Shown here: one piece after another, positions 1 through 8,941 of the stretch | Layout of the letters: every line of letters starts with the position of its first letter | Position numbering within the stretch: the first letter of the stretch is position 1 | Source: Bdellovibrio sp. | Lineage (GTDB): Bacteria; Bdellovibrionota; Bacteriovoracia; Bacteriovoracales; Bacteriovoracaceae | Direction: 5' to 3' | Assembly (NCBI GenBank): GCA_022729855.1 | Contig: DZBG01000003.1 | Span: 257-64,256, forward strand | DNA: 64,000 nt | Notes under the pieces: model-generated | Database searches by the model: none | The model's input: the letters and a program-made list of their open reading frames with translations, nothing else | What the model was told of the DNA's origin: nothing | Position numbers and translations under genes: made by a program

Positions 1-25
1 AGAGATTTTAGCATTTCAAAAAACC

Positions 26-1744
26 ATGACTCAAGCTGATGAATTCAAAAAAAGCCAGCCAAAATATGAAGATGAAATGAGAGCTGAAATGGAGGCCCTA
101 AGAAAATCTAAGGCAACTCTAGAAAACTTCACTATTTCTGGTCATGACGGCGGAGGACATTTCGGTGGTTCAAAACAGAGTTTTTCGAAACAAGAAGTTT
201 CCGCAGTCATGAAAGATTTTGAAGATGTAAATAAAGTAAAATCTTTAATGCTTCTTGGTTGCTATACTGGTGTTCAGCGTGAAGTAATGGATTGGCAAAT
301 TACTTTTCCCGATGTTCGCCTCATTGGTGGATATGATGGATCAGCTCCCCTTGCAAGCCGACCACAAGGACACAATTACCTCTATGATCTGCTCACAAAA
401 GAAAAACTTCTCACAACGACAGCAGATGGTAAAAAGCTTGAGAATATTGTAAAAAATAATATTCGAAGTCTTAATGAACTTAATGCTGCCATGTTTTTAA
501 AACCTCAATGTGAAAATCCTGAAAATGAAACATCTTATTATTATGGAAAACTTGGGGAGACGAAAACTTTTAGGAAATTTGATTTAGCAGAATGTCTTGA
601 AGCAAAAAAGAAACTTCTCTCTCTTAAAACACGTCTTGATATGTATGATTCAGGAGAACTTGAACCTCCTACAAATACTGCTTCAGGAGAGCTTCGCCAA
701 ATCTATAATGAGTCTCGGGCACATGAACATTGTGCAGAGTTAATTGGTGATGTCCTTGATTCAAATAAAGTATTTGGTCTTCTCTTCTATGAAGGGCAAA
801 AGAAAAACTTTGCTGACTTTTATGATAAACAAATGATTGAAGCAGAGGAAATTTATTCAGGGTTAAAGCTTGAAGACATTGTTAAATCAAGCGAAGAGGG
901 ATTAAAGAGTCAAGAAGAAATGATGAAGACTTCAGATGAAGATATTGCACTCTTAGAAAAAGACCCCGAAGCCTATTACGCAAAGATGCAAAAGCAGTAT
1001 GATCAAGGATTAGCTGAGTACAAAGAATCAATCAAAGATCCAAAATATAAAGCTCTTCTTGAAAAATTTCCTTATTTAAAAATGGAAGAGTCTAATGGAA
1101 ACAATCTATACATTAATAGTAGTTTCAATCTGACTGAGGATGAGCAAAAACTGTACCAAGAACTTTCAAGTAGAACATATGCACTTCAAACACCTAAATA
1201 TGATCTTGAAAGTGCTAAGAGTGATCCCGCAATGTATCTTCAACAGAAAAAGCAGATGCAAGAATATTTAAAACTGAATATTCAATCACAGAAGCTTGCC
1301 GTTGAAAAATTGAAAGTGGATCCAAGCGTACTTAGTAATGTTTGGATTCCCACAAAGAAGAATCTCGAAGGAAAAACTCGCAAGCAAACACTTGAGAATC
1401 AACATCAAATCAATACTCTTCTCTCAATGCCTTATCTTCCTCAAAAAGAACGTAATGCTCTTTCATGGGTTAACAATACTGTCTCTTCTAGACTTCAAAT
1501 GTTCGATAATCCCTTTAGCTGGCATGAACATGTTGGCGTCCCTGAAAAACCATCTTACGACTATACTCTAGCCGAGAGCTTAAAAAATGATTATTCAATT
1601 GGTGGCTATGTTGGAGGTTCACAGGGTGGTGGAATGTATGGTGGTGGCTATTCTGGTGGTATAGCAGGAGGTATGGGTGGTGGTGGTTATATAGGTGGCG
1701 CTGCAGGCGGAACAATGGATGAAGGCGAACGTCCAATTCACTAA
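26..1744 (+). CDS. Hypothetical protein with Gly/Tyr-rich low-complexity C-terminal tail; possibly 5'-truncated by the window edge
   Basis: 572-aa ORF. The frame upstream of the ATG at 26 has no stop back to base 2, so the true start may lie outside the window. N-terminal 'FTISGHDGGGHFGG...SLMLLGCYTG' His/Cys pair. C-terminus 'GGYVGGSQGGGMYGGGYSGGIAGGMGGGGYIGGAAGG'. No family recognised. Confidence 0.6.
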   Translation: MTQADEFKKSQPKYEDEMRAEMEALRKSKATLENFTISGHDGGGHFGGSKQSFSKQEVSAVMKDFEDVNKVKSLMLLGCYTGVQREVMDWQITFPDVRLIGGYDGSAPLASRPQGHNYLYDLLTKEKLLTTTADGKKLENIVKNNIRSLNELNAAMFLKPQCENPENETSYYYGKLGETKTFRKFDLAECLEAKKKLLSLKTRLDMYDSGELEPPTNTASGELRQIYNESRAHEHCAELIGDVLDSNKVFGLLFYEGQKKNFADFYDKQMIEAEEIYSGLKLEDIVKSSEEGLKSQEEMMKTSDEDIALLEKDPEAYYAKMQKQYDQGLAEYKESIKDPKYKALLEKFPYLKMEESNGNNLYINSSFNLTEDEQKLYQELSSRTYALQTPKYDLESAKSDPAMYLQQKKQMQEYLKLNIQSQKLAVEKLKVDPSVLSNVWIPTKKNLEGKTRKQTLENQHQINTLLSMPYLPQKERNALSWVNNTVSSRLQMFDNPFSWHEHVGVPEKPSYDYTLAESLKNDYSIGGYVGGSQGGGMYGGGYSGGIAGGMGGGGYIGGAAGGTMDEGERPIH

Positions 1745-1835
1745 AATTATCTCTCATAACGCGTCCCAATCAGCTTTAAAAATTGGGGCGTATCGTTTAA
1801 GCTAGGATCACTTCAAATTTAAGGGGTCCTACACC

Positions 1836-4244
1836 ATGGAATACAATTTTTCAGAGATCGAACCGAAATGGCAAAAAGTCTGGGATGAACAGAAAACTTT
1901 TAAGGCCGTAAAAGATAATTCAAAACCTAAATATTATGTTCTTGATATGTTCCCCTATCCATCAGGAGCAGGACTTCACGTAGGTCACCCTGAAGGATAT
2001 ACGGCGACAGATATTATGGCACGCTATAAGCGTATGAAAGGATTTAATGTTCTTCATCCGATGGGATGGGATTCATTTGGCCTTCCAGCTGAAAATCACG
2101 CCATGAAAACAGGAACACATCCAAATATTACGACTCAAGAAAATATCAAAACTTTTACTCGTCAGTTGAAGTCACTTGGATTTTCTTATGACTGGGACCG
2201 TGAGATTGCGACATCTAATGTTGATTACTATCGTTGGACTCAATGGATTTTTGTTCAGCTATACAATAAGGGACTCGCCTATGAGTCTCATATGATGGTG
2301 AACTGGTGTCCTAATTTAAAAACAGTTCTTGCTAACGAAGAGGTGATCAATGGTCTCTCTGAAGTTGGTGGACATCCAGTTATCAGAAAACCAATGAAGC
2401 AGTGGATGCTAAGAATCACTCAGTATGCAGAACGCTTAATTGAAGACCTTGATCTTCTTGACTGGCCAGAGTCTGTGAAAGAAATGCAACGAGTGTGGGT
2501 TGGAAAATCTGAAGGTGCTACTATCAAGTTTAGTGTTGATGGATCGAGCGAAGAGATCGAAGTTTTTACTTCTCGTCCTGATACTCTTTTTGGTGCAACT
2601 TATATGGTTCTTGCGCCAGAACATGCACTCGTTGATAAAATTACAACAGCTGCTCAAAAACAAACAATTGCAGATTACCGTTTAGTGACTGAGAAGAAGT
2701 CTGATCTTGAAAGAACAGAACTGAATAAAGATAAAACTGGGGCTTTTACTGGGGCCTATGCACTCAACCCTACGAATAACAAAAAAATTCCTGTTTATAT
2801 TGCTGACTACGTCCTTAATACATACGGAACTGGGGCCATCATGTCGGTTCCTGCTCATGATGAACGTGACTGGGAATTTGCTAAAAAGTTTAATCTTGAA
2901 ATCGTTGAAGTTGTGAAAGGCGGAAATGTTGATGAGGCGGCTTTTTCTGAAGACGGCGAGCATGTTAATTCTGATTTCCTTAATGGACTTAACAAAGTTG
3001 AGGCCATCGCAAAAATGATCTTATGGCTTGAAGAGAAAAATCTTGGAACAAAAAAAATAAATTACAAACTTCGTGACTGGTTATTTTCTCGTCAACGTTA
3101 CTGGGGTGAACCATTCCCTATTTTAAAATTTGAAGACGGCACTGTTCGCTGTTTAGATGCAGATGAATTACCTCTCGCACTTCCTGAGGTTGAAAAATAT
3201 GAACCTGCTGGAACGGGTGAATCACCTCTCGCGACTATTGATGAATGGGTAAATATTATTGATCCAAAGACTGGTAAGAAAGCACGTCGCGAGACAAATA
3301 CAATGCCTCAGTGGGCAGGTTCTTGTTGGTACTATCTTCGTTTTTGTGATCCAAAGAATGCTAACGCTCCTTGGGATTCTGAGATTGAAAAATACTGGAT
3401 GCCAGTAGATCTTTATGTCGGTGGTGCTGAACATGCTGTTCTTCACCTTCTATACTCTCGCTTCTGGCACAAAGTTCTTTATGACCTAGGTCTTGTGACA
3501 ACAAAAGAGCCATTTCACAAACTTGTAAACCAAGGAATGATTCTTGGTGAAGATGGGGAGAAGATGAGTAAGTCGCGTGGAAACGTGATTAATCCAGATT
3601 CTGTTGTCAAAGAATACGGTGCAGACACTCTTCGCATTTATGAAATATTTATGGGCCCACTTGAAAAAACAAAGCCGTGGTCAATGAATGGTGTGAAAGG
3701 TGTTTATGGTTTTATCTCTAAGGCTTACCGTTTATTAGCTGACCCGACAAGCTATGCAACAGGGGCTGAAGATCCTGAGACTCTAAAGCTACTTCACAAA
3801 ACAATTAAAAAAGTGACTTCTGATATCGAAGAGATGAAATTTAATACGGCCGTTTCTCAAATGATGATTTTCACGAATCACATAACAAAAATGAAAAAAG
3901 TCACAAAAGAAACTGCAGAGAAGTTCGCTTTAATTCTTGCTCCGTTTGCTCCTCATGCTGCTGAAGAAATCTGGACAGTTTGTGGTCACACAAAAACTCT
4001 CACTCATGAAACTTGGCCAAGCTTTGATGAAGCACTTGCTAAAGATGATATGATCACGATGGCCGTTCAAATTAATGGTAAGACTCGTGCGACCATTGAC
4101 GTTGCTGCTGATATTTCAAAAGAAGATTTCATGAGTCTTGCAAAACAAGACGAGAAAGTAGCAAAGTATTTGGCCACAGGAACTTTAGTCAAAGAAATTT
4201 ATGTCCCAGGGAAAATTTGCAATTTAGTCATTAAAGAAAACTAA
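1836..4244 (+). CDS. leuS: Leucyl-tRNA synthetase
   Basis: 802-aa ORF with class I HIGH motif ('HVGHPEGY') and 'KMSKS'. N-terminus '[18 protein letters not shown]' is typical of bacterial LeuRS. Followed by an intrinsic terminator. Confidence 0.97.
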   Translation: MEYNFSEIEPKWQKVWDEQKTFKAVKDNSKPKYYVLDMFPYPSGAGLHVGHPEGYTATDIMARYKRMKGFNVLHPMGWDSFGLPAENHAMKTGTHPNITTQENIKTFTRQLKSLGFSYDWDREIATSNVDYYRWTQWIFVQLYNKGLAYESHMMVNWCPNLKTVLANEEVINGLSEVGGHPVIRKPMKQWMLRITQYAERLIEDLDLLDWPESVKEMQRVWVGKSEGATIKFSVDGSSEEIEVFTSRPDTLFGATYMVLAPEHALVDKITTAAQKQTIADYRLVTEKKSDLERTELNKDKTGAFTGAYALNPTNNKKIPVYIADYVLNTYGTGAIMSVPAHDERDWEFAKKFNLEIVEVVKGGNVDEAAFSEDGEHVNSDFLNGLNKVEAIAKMILWLEEKNLGTKKINYKLRDWLFSRQRYWGEPFPILKFEDGTVRCLDADELPLALPEVEKYEPAGTGESPLATIDEWVNIIDPKTGKKARRETNTMPQWAGSCWYYLRFCDPKNANAPWDSEIEKYWMPVDLYVGGAEHAVLHLLYSRFWHKVLYDLGLVTTKEPFHKLVNQGMILGEDGEKMSKSRGNVINPDSVVKEYGADTLRIYEIFMGPLEKTKPWSMNGVKGVYGFISKAYRLLADPTSYATGAEDPETLKLLHKTIKKVTSDIEEMKFNTAVSQMMIFTNHITKMKKVTKETAEKFALILAPFAPHAAEEIWTVCGHTKTLTHETWPSFDEALAKDDMITMAVQINGKTRATIDVAADISKEDFMSLAKQDEKVAKYLATGTLVKEIYVPGKICNLVIKEN

Positions 4245-4260
4245 GAGTTAAAAAAAAGAA

Positions 4261-4286
4261 AACCCGCCATTCGGCGGGTTTTTTGT
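4261..4286 (+). terminator. Rho-independent terminator of leuS
   Basis: CCCGCC-ATTC-GGCGGG hairpin followed by TTTTTTG just downstream of the leuS stop. Confidence 0.8.
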
Positions 4287-4310
4287 GTGTATGATGTCTA
4301 TAAGTGCAGG

Positions 4311-4721
4311 TTAATAAACTGAACCTTTTCTAACTTGTTTTTTGATACATTGAACATTAAAGATAAAATCTTCATGGACAGTAATTTGTCCGAAGTACTT
4401 ATCTTCTTCATAGAAATTTAAATCTCCGTAAATATCTTCATTCTCATCTTTAAAACGAATTGTCTGACTTGCTGTCGATGAAATTGAAATGCTTGCCGAC
4501 GAAGTTAAAAGAAGTCTTTGATTGTGTTTAACAACAGTCAGAAGCTGAATACGCGACCTCTGTCCTTTTTTTAAAATAAATGTATGTAGCTCTTTATACT
4601 CCACACCTGGCATTACCTCTGCTCCCCCACCGTTAAAACGAGTGACATCGCAAATATAAAGATCTTTCGACCATGCATTTATCGTAAGACACATTCCAAG
4701 AAGAATTAAAAATTGCTTCAT
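4311..4721 (-). CDS. Small secreted hypothetical protein
   Basis: 136-aa ORF with signal-peptide-like N-terminus 'MKQFLILLGMCLTINAWS'. No recognisable family. Confidence 0.55.
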   Translation of the reverse strand: MKQFLILLGMCLTINAWSKDLYICDVTRFNGGGAEVMPGVEYKELHTFILKKGQRSRIQLLTVVKHNQRLLLTSSASISISSTASQTIRFKDENEDIYGDLNFYEEDKYFGQITVHEDFIFNVQCIKKQVRKGSVY

Positions 4722-4841
4722 TTCTGTACTCCAAAATTACAAACCGCACGGGTTATAGAACATTTCGGAGTGTGTTGTGAATGAAATTGTGAAAAAAACG
4801 AATTATGCGCAAGGCCTTTTACAGGCCCTGCTCATTAAAAA

Positions 4842-5519
4842 TTATTGAAAGAGAGGAATGAAATAATTCACAATTGTGAGCCCAAGGCCCGAAAGAACTG
4901 GAATCGTTAGATTATCATCGATATTAAAAGCAGATAATAATTCAGAGAGTGAACCAATGACGCCACCCAGAACAGAAAAAACTAATAAGCTCGATGAAAT
5001 TTCGGCCACATTCATGCTGTAGAAGAGAGTAATGAGGTAGCACGTGAAAAATCCGGCCACGGCCCCTTGAAGCGATTTATTAGGAAGAATCTTATCTTTA
5101 CCGTAAAGAACACCAAAGAATGAAGAAACAGGATCTGAGAATACTAAAAACATCACTGAAATCACTGCTAAATCTTTTTTATAAAAGAAAAGTGCGAGAG
5201 AAATCCCTAGGGCATAAAATGGGAGTCCACTCATTCCTTCCTTCTCAGAGCGCCTCATAAGGGGTCCCATAACCTTTAAAATCATATGGTTAAGCTTAGG
5301 GGTGCGAGAACGAACGATATCAAGTGTGAAGCCAATCACAGAGATAACAAGAGCCACAGTGGCCCAAAGAAACGTGTCTTGCCCTGTGCGAAAAAATAGA
5401 ATGAGGGCCACAGAGCCAGTCAGTATATGCCAAATTTTTCTTAGTAAATGTAAGTCAGATCTCTTGTGTAACACTTTATCAATCGATGAGTCATAACCAT
5501 GACTCTGAGTTGTACTCAT
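4842..5519 (-). CDS. Polytopic membrane protein, diacylglycerol/polyprenol (dolichol/phytol) kinase - CDP-DAG synthase superfamily
   Basis: 225-aa hydrophobic ORF. 'LRKIWHILTG' and 'SDPVSSFFGVLYGK' resemble the conserved RK..H...G and D..a..vG...G motifs of CTP-dependent polyprenol kinases. Confidence 0.55.
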   Translation of the reverse strand: MSTTQSHGYDSSIDKVLHKRSDLHLLRKIWHILTGSVALILFFRTGQDTFLWATVALVISVIGFTLDIVRSRTPKLNHMILKVMGPLMRRSEKEGMSGLPFYALGISLALFFYKKDLAVISVMFLVFSDPVSSFFGVLYGKDKILPNKSLQGAVAGFFTCYLITLFYSMNVAEISSSLLVFSVLGGVIGSLSELLSAFNIDDNLTIPVLSGLGLTIVNYFIPLFQ

Positions 5520-5645
5520 AATTCTCCTTAAACAAATCGCAATTTGAATTTGATCAATTTAAATGAACAGGTCCCGATCGTCTAGCTTAGAAGTGCAATT
5601 TCTAACGCAATAAATTAACTTGTTAATTTCTTTAATATTAACGCT

Positions 5646-5674
5646 TTTCAAAAAACCCCATCACTCTCTATAAT
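5646..5674 (+). promoter_or_regulatory. Candidate sigma-70 promoter for the MinD-like gene
   Basis: Perfect TATAAT at 5669..5674, with weak -35 TTTCAA at 5646..5651 (17-nt spacer). Lies 24 nt upstream of the ATG at 5698. Confidence 0.35.
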
Positions 5675-5697
5675 TTTTGTATTAAGGAAACACGAAT

Positions 5698-6630
5698 ATG
5701 ATGATGGATAATTTTGATATATCTCCTCAATCTCAGCCTTTGAAAAAAATCTGGGCGATTGGTGGTGGGAAAGGTGGAGTTGGGAAAAGTTTGGTATCGG
5801 CCAATGTTTCAATTTGTTTAGCACTCATGGGCTACAAAGTTGTGACGGTTGATCTCGATCTTGGTGGAGCAAATCTTCACACTTGTTTAGGGATTCCTAT
5901 ACCAAGTGTCACCCTCTCAGATTTAATTTCTAAAAAGATTTCAAATGTAGAGGACCTTTTAGTTCCTACTCCTATTTCAAATCTTAAGATGATTAGTGGT
6001 GCTCAAGATGAACTCGGCATCGCCAATCTCAAACACATGCACAAAAATGAAATCATTCAATCACTTCATGGACTGAATGCTGATTTTGTCATTTTTGATT
6101 TAGGTGCTGGAACTTCATTTAACACTTTAGATTTTTTTATCTCAGCTGATAAAGGAATCTTAGTCGTTCTTCCTGAGCCGACTTCAATTGAAAACACTTA
6201 TCGCTTTATCAAATCAGTTTTTTATCGTCGCTTAAAAATGATTGAAGGTATTCTAGATATAGAGCCATTGATTGATGAAGCAATGAATGCAAAACTTAGC
6301 TCAGGTCAGCTCTCTCCTTCGGACCTTATTAGAAAAATTACTGAAATGAATCCTGAAGTGGGACACAAAATCAAAGCTGATCTTGCTGAATTTAAACCTC
6401 AGTTAATTATGAATCAAGTACGCTCACAAGCTGATATTGATATTGGTTATTCAATTCAAAGTATTTGTCGCAAATATTTTGGAATTGATATGAGCTTCCC
6501 AGGATATCTCGATTATGACCAATCAGTTTGGCAAAGTGTTCGCAAAAGAAAGCCACTTTTGATCGAGTTCCCTCACTCACGTCTGGTGAATAATTTTGAT
6601 AGAATTGTTCACAGACTTTTAGAGCAATAA
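5698..6630 (+). CDS. MinD/ParA/FlhG-family P-loop ATPase
   Basis: 310-aa ORF. Deviant Walker A 'GGGKGGVGKS', 'VDLDLGGAN' and Walker B-like 'FVIFDLGAG'. Confidence 0.85.
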   Translation: MMMDNFDISPQSQPLKKIWAIGGGKGGVGKSLVSANVSICLALMGYKVVTVDLDLGGANLHTCLGIPIPSVTLSDLISKKISNVEDLLVPTPISNLKMISGAQDELGIANLKHMHKNEIIQSLHGLNADFVIFDLGAGTSFNTLDFFISADKGILVVLPEPTSIENTYRFIKSVFYRRLKMIEGILDIEPLIDEAMNAKLSSGQLSPSDLIRKITEMNPEVGHKIKADLAEFKPQLIMNQVRSQADIDIGYSIQSICRKYFGIDMSFPGYLDYDQSVWQSVRKRKPLLIEFPHSRLVNNFDRIVHRLLEQ

Positions 6631-6648
6631 TTTAGGAGTTATCAAAGC

Positions 6649-7347
6649 ATGGATGCAGAGAAAAAAAATTACTACGACGTTCTAGATATTCCTCAAAACG
6701 CTTCTCCCCAAGCGATTGAAACAGCTTATATCAGAGGCAAAAATGCTTACGCTGGTGATAGTGCTGCTCTCTACTCGCTCATGACAAATGATGAGTGTCG
6801 TGCCATTTTAGAACAAATTGAAGAGGCCTACTCTGTCCTTGGTTTTCCAGAAAAGCGTCGTGAGTATGATCGCGTTCGTGGATTCAACCAGATGATACAA
6901 CAAACACCTTATACACAAAAATCTGATTCTCTTCATCAGCGCCTGAGCTTTGAAAGTAGACCTCAGAATCAAGTGCAATACGAAGACTACAGCTCAAATC
7001 TTATCGAATCAAAAGTTTCAAAAGTTATGGCCCAAAAGAAATTTGGTCTTGAGTACGTTGAAAATGAAGAGATGGATAAAAAGATTGCAGATATTACAAC
7101 ATTCACTGGTGCTGGTTTAAAAGAAATCAGAGAGTATAAGAATGTTACGATTGAACGTATGGCCGAGATGACAAAAGTTTCGAAATCACATATTGTCGGT
7201 ATCGAAAATGATGATATCGTAAAACTTCCTGCTGACGTTTATGTTCGTGGTTATGTTTACCAATATGCAAAAGTACTTAAATTAAATCCTGACTTAGTGG
7301 CCCAAAGTTATATGCTTCACTTTAAAAAACTAAGAGCAGTTAAGTAA
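6649..7347 (+). CDS. J-domain-like (HPD-less) protein with RodZ-type helix-turn-helix
   Basis: 232-aa ORF. N-terminus 'NYYDVLDIPQNASPQAIETAY...EAYSVLGFPEKRREYD' follows the J-domain helix pattern, but 'KNAYAGDS' replaces the HPD loop. C-terminus 'LKEIREYKNVTIERMAEMTKVSKSHIVGIENDD...VYVRGYVYQYAKVL' resembles the Xre/RodZ (HTH_25) fold. No TM segment. Confidence 0.7.
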   Translation: MDAEKKNYYDVLDIPQNASPQAIETAYIRGKNAYAGDSAALYSLMTNDECRAILEQIEEAYSVLGFPEKRREYDRVRGFNQMIQQTPYTQKSDSLHQRLSFESRPQNQVQYEDYSSNLIESKVSKVMAQKKFGLEYVENEEMDKKIADITTFTGAGLKEIREYKNVTIERMAEMTKVSKSHIVGIENDDIVKLPADVYVRGYVYQYAKVLKLNPDLVAQSYMLHFKKLRAVK

Positions 7348-7351
7348 GGCC

Positions 7352-8347
7352 ATGGAGACAGAACTTCAAGTAGATGCTGACCAAATATTTGAAGTGACTG
7401 TCTCTGAATCTGATCGCGAAGAGTTTAAGCGTCTTGATCAATTTCTCGCAGAAAAAATCCCTTCACTCTCAAGAAGCACCATTAAGCGCCTCTATGATGA
7501 AGATCAAATTACATCCTCTCATTCAGAAAAATTTGAATTAAAAAAAATGCCTCCTGCAGGAACAACTATTTCAGTTGAAGTCCCACCGCCAATTCCTACA
7601 GACTTAATTGCAGAGAATATTCCTCTTGAAGTTTTATTTGAAGATGAGCATTTAATCATTATCAATAAACCCGCGGGACTTGTTGTTCACCCTGCACCTG
7701 GGCACTATACCGGCACTCTTGTGAACGCCATTCTTTATCTATGCCCAGACCTCAAAGGTATCGGGAGTGAAAAACGCCCAGGGATAGTTCACCGACTAGA
7801 TATGGGGACAAGTGGAGTGATGGTTGTGGCCAAAGATCAGGCAACCCATGAAGGATTGGTAAAATTATTTTCAACTCATACCATTGAAAGACGATACGAA
7901 GCGCTCTGTTTTGGAAATCCTAAAGTACCAAATGGAAAAATTGAAACAAGTATTGGAAGGCATCCAAATAATCGACTTAAAATGCATGCCGGAGTTAAAG
8001 ACGGAAAGCGTGCCGTAACATTTTATAAAGTATTAAGAAATTCAGATAAGATTTCGCATATCGAGTTAAAACTGGAAACAGGGCGAACCCATCAAATCCG
8101 TGTTCATCTCTCACAAATGCTTCATACTCCTGTTTTTTGTGATCCTCTCTACTCTGACGTCAATGGACATCTCAAGAGGATGCCAGAGGAGATTGCCGAG
8201 ATTGTGAGAGGCTATCCCTATCAATTACTTCATGCCAAAGTTTTGGGATTTGTTCATCCTATCACTAAAAAAGAATTATACTTCGAAGCTGCTCCCCCAG
8301 AAATTTTCCAAAAGGTAGCTGGCACTATTTGGAGAGATGAGAAATGA
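7352..8347 (+). CDS. rluD: 23S rRNA pseudouridine synthase, RluA/RluD family
   Basis: 331-aa ORF. S4-like N-terminus, catalytic 'HRLDMGTSGVMVVAK' and 'GRTHQIRVH'. 4-nt overlap with the downstream pgeF-like gene; rluD-yfiH adjacency is common. Confidence 0.9.
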   Translation: METELQVDADQIFEVTVSESDREEFKRLDQFLAEKIPSLSRSTIKRLYDEDQITSSHSEKFELKKMPPAGTTISVEVPPPIPTDLIAENIPLEVLFEDEHLIIINKPAGLVVHPAPGHYTGTLVNAILYLCPDLKGIGSEKRPGIVHRLDMGTSGVMVVAKDQATHEGLVKLFSTHTIERRYEALCFGNPKVPNGKIETSIGRHPNNRLKMHAGVKDGKRAVTFYKVLRNSDKISHIELKLETGRTHQIRVHLSQMLHTPVFCDPLYSDVNGHLKRMPEEIAEIVRGYPYQLLHAKVLGFVHPITKKELYFEAAPPEIFQKVAGTIWRDEK

Positions 8348-8937
8348 GTGGGAAAGTTTTTGAGTATCAAACCCCTTATGGAAGATTTGAAACATGGGAC
8401 GAAAAACCGGCTTTTGACATTGTTCACACTCATCAAGTTCATGGCATAGAGATCGCTTCAAAAGATGAGGCGAATACTGAGACCAAGGCCGATGGTATCA
8501 TTTTCTCAGAAAGTGAATTTCAAGGCGAAATCCTTGCTATCAAGACAGCTGACTGTATGCCGATTCTGATTACAGGTGAATCAAAGACTATCTTTCTTCA
8601 CGCCGGTTGGAAGGGCCTCTCTATTGGCATCCTTAATCACCCTCTCATTAAGCAAATTAAGCCTCAATATGCCTTTATTGGGCCCAGCATTCACTCATGC
8701 TGCTTTGAGGTTTCTGATGATTTTCATCATCATTTTAGCGGGTCTCCCTATTTTGAGAATAGTGGGGGGAAATACTTCTTTAATTTACAGGCAGAAGCCT
8801 ATGCTCAATTACAAAATCAGTTCCCAGAATTACGCATAGAGATTGCACCACAGTGTACTTGTTGCGATAATACCTTCCATAGTTACCGACGTGATAAAAC
8901 AACGAATAGAAATTGGAACATCTTTATCAAAGGATAG
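8344..8937 (+). CDS. pgeF: YfiH/PgeF (DUF152, Cu-oxidase_4) family protein
   Basis: 197-aa ORF. 'HTHQVHG', 'KTADCMPIL' and 'LHAGWKG' match the His-Cys-His site of the family. Somewhat shorter than typical members. Confidence 0.75.
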   Translation: MSGKVFEYQTPYGRFETWDEKPAFDIVHTHQVHGIEIASKDEANTETKADGIIFSESEFQGEILAIKTADCMPILITGESKTIFLHAGWKGLSIGILNHPLIKQIKPQYAFIGPSIHSCCFEVSDDFHHHFSGSPYFENSGGKYFFNLQAEAYAQLQNQFPELRIEIAPQCTCCDNTFHSYRRDKTTNRNWNIFIKG

Positions 8938-8941
8938 ATAT

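Noticed and set aside
8843-8941. Upstream extension of the VKOR ORF overlapping pgeF by about 95 nt.
   Set aside because: The ATG at 8942 lies 4 nt after the pgeF stop, and the hydrophobic VKOR core follows it. The extension is simply the alternative frame of pgeF.
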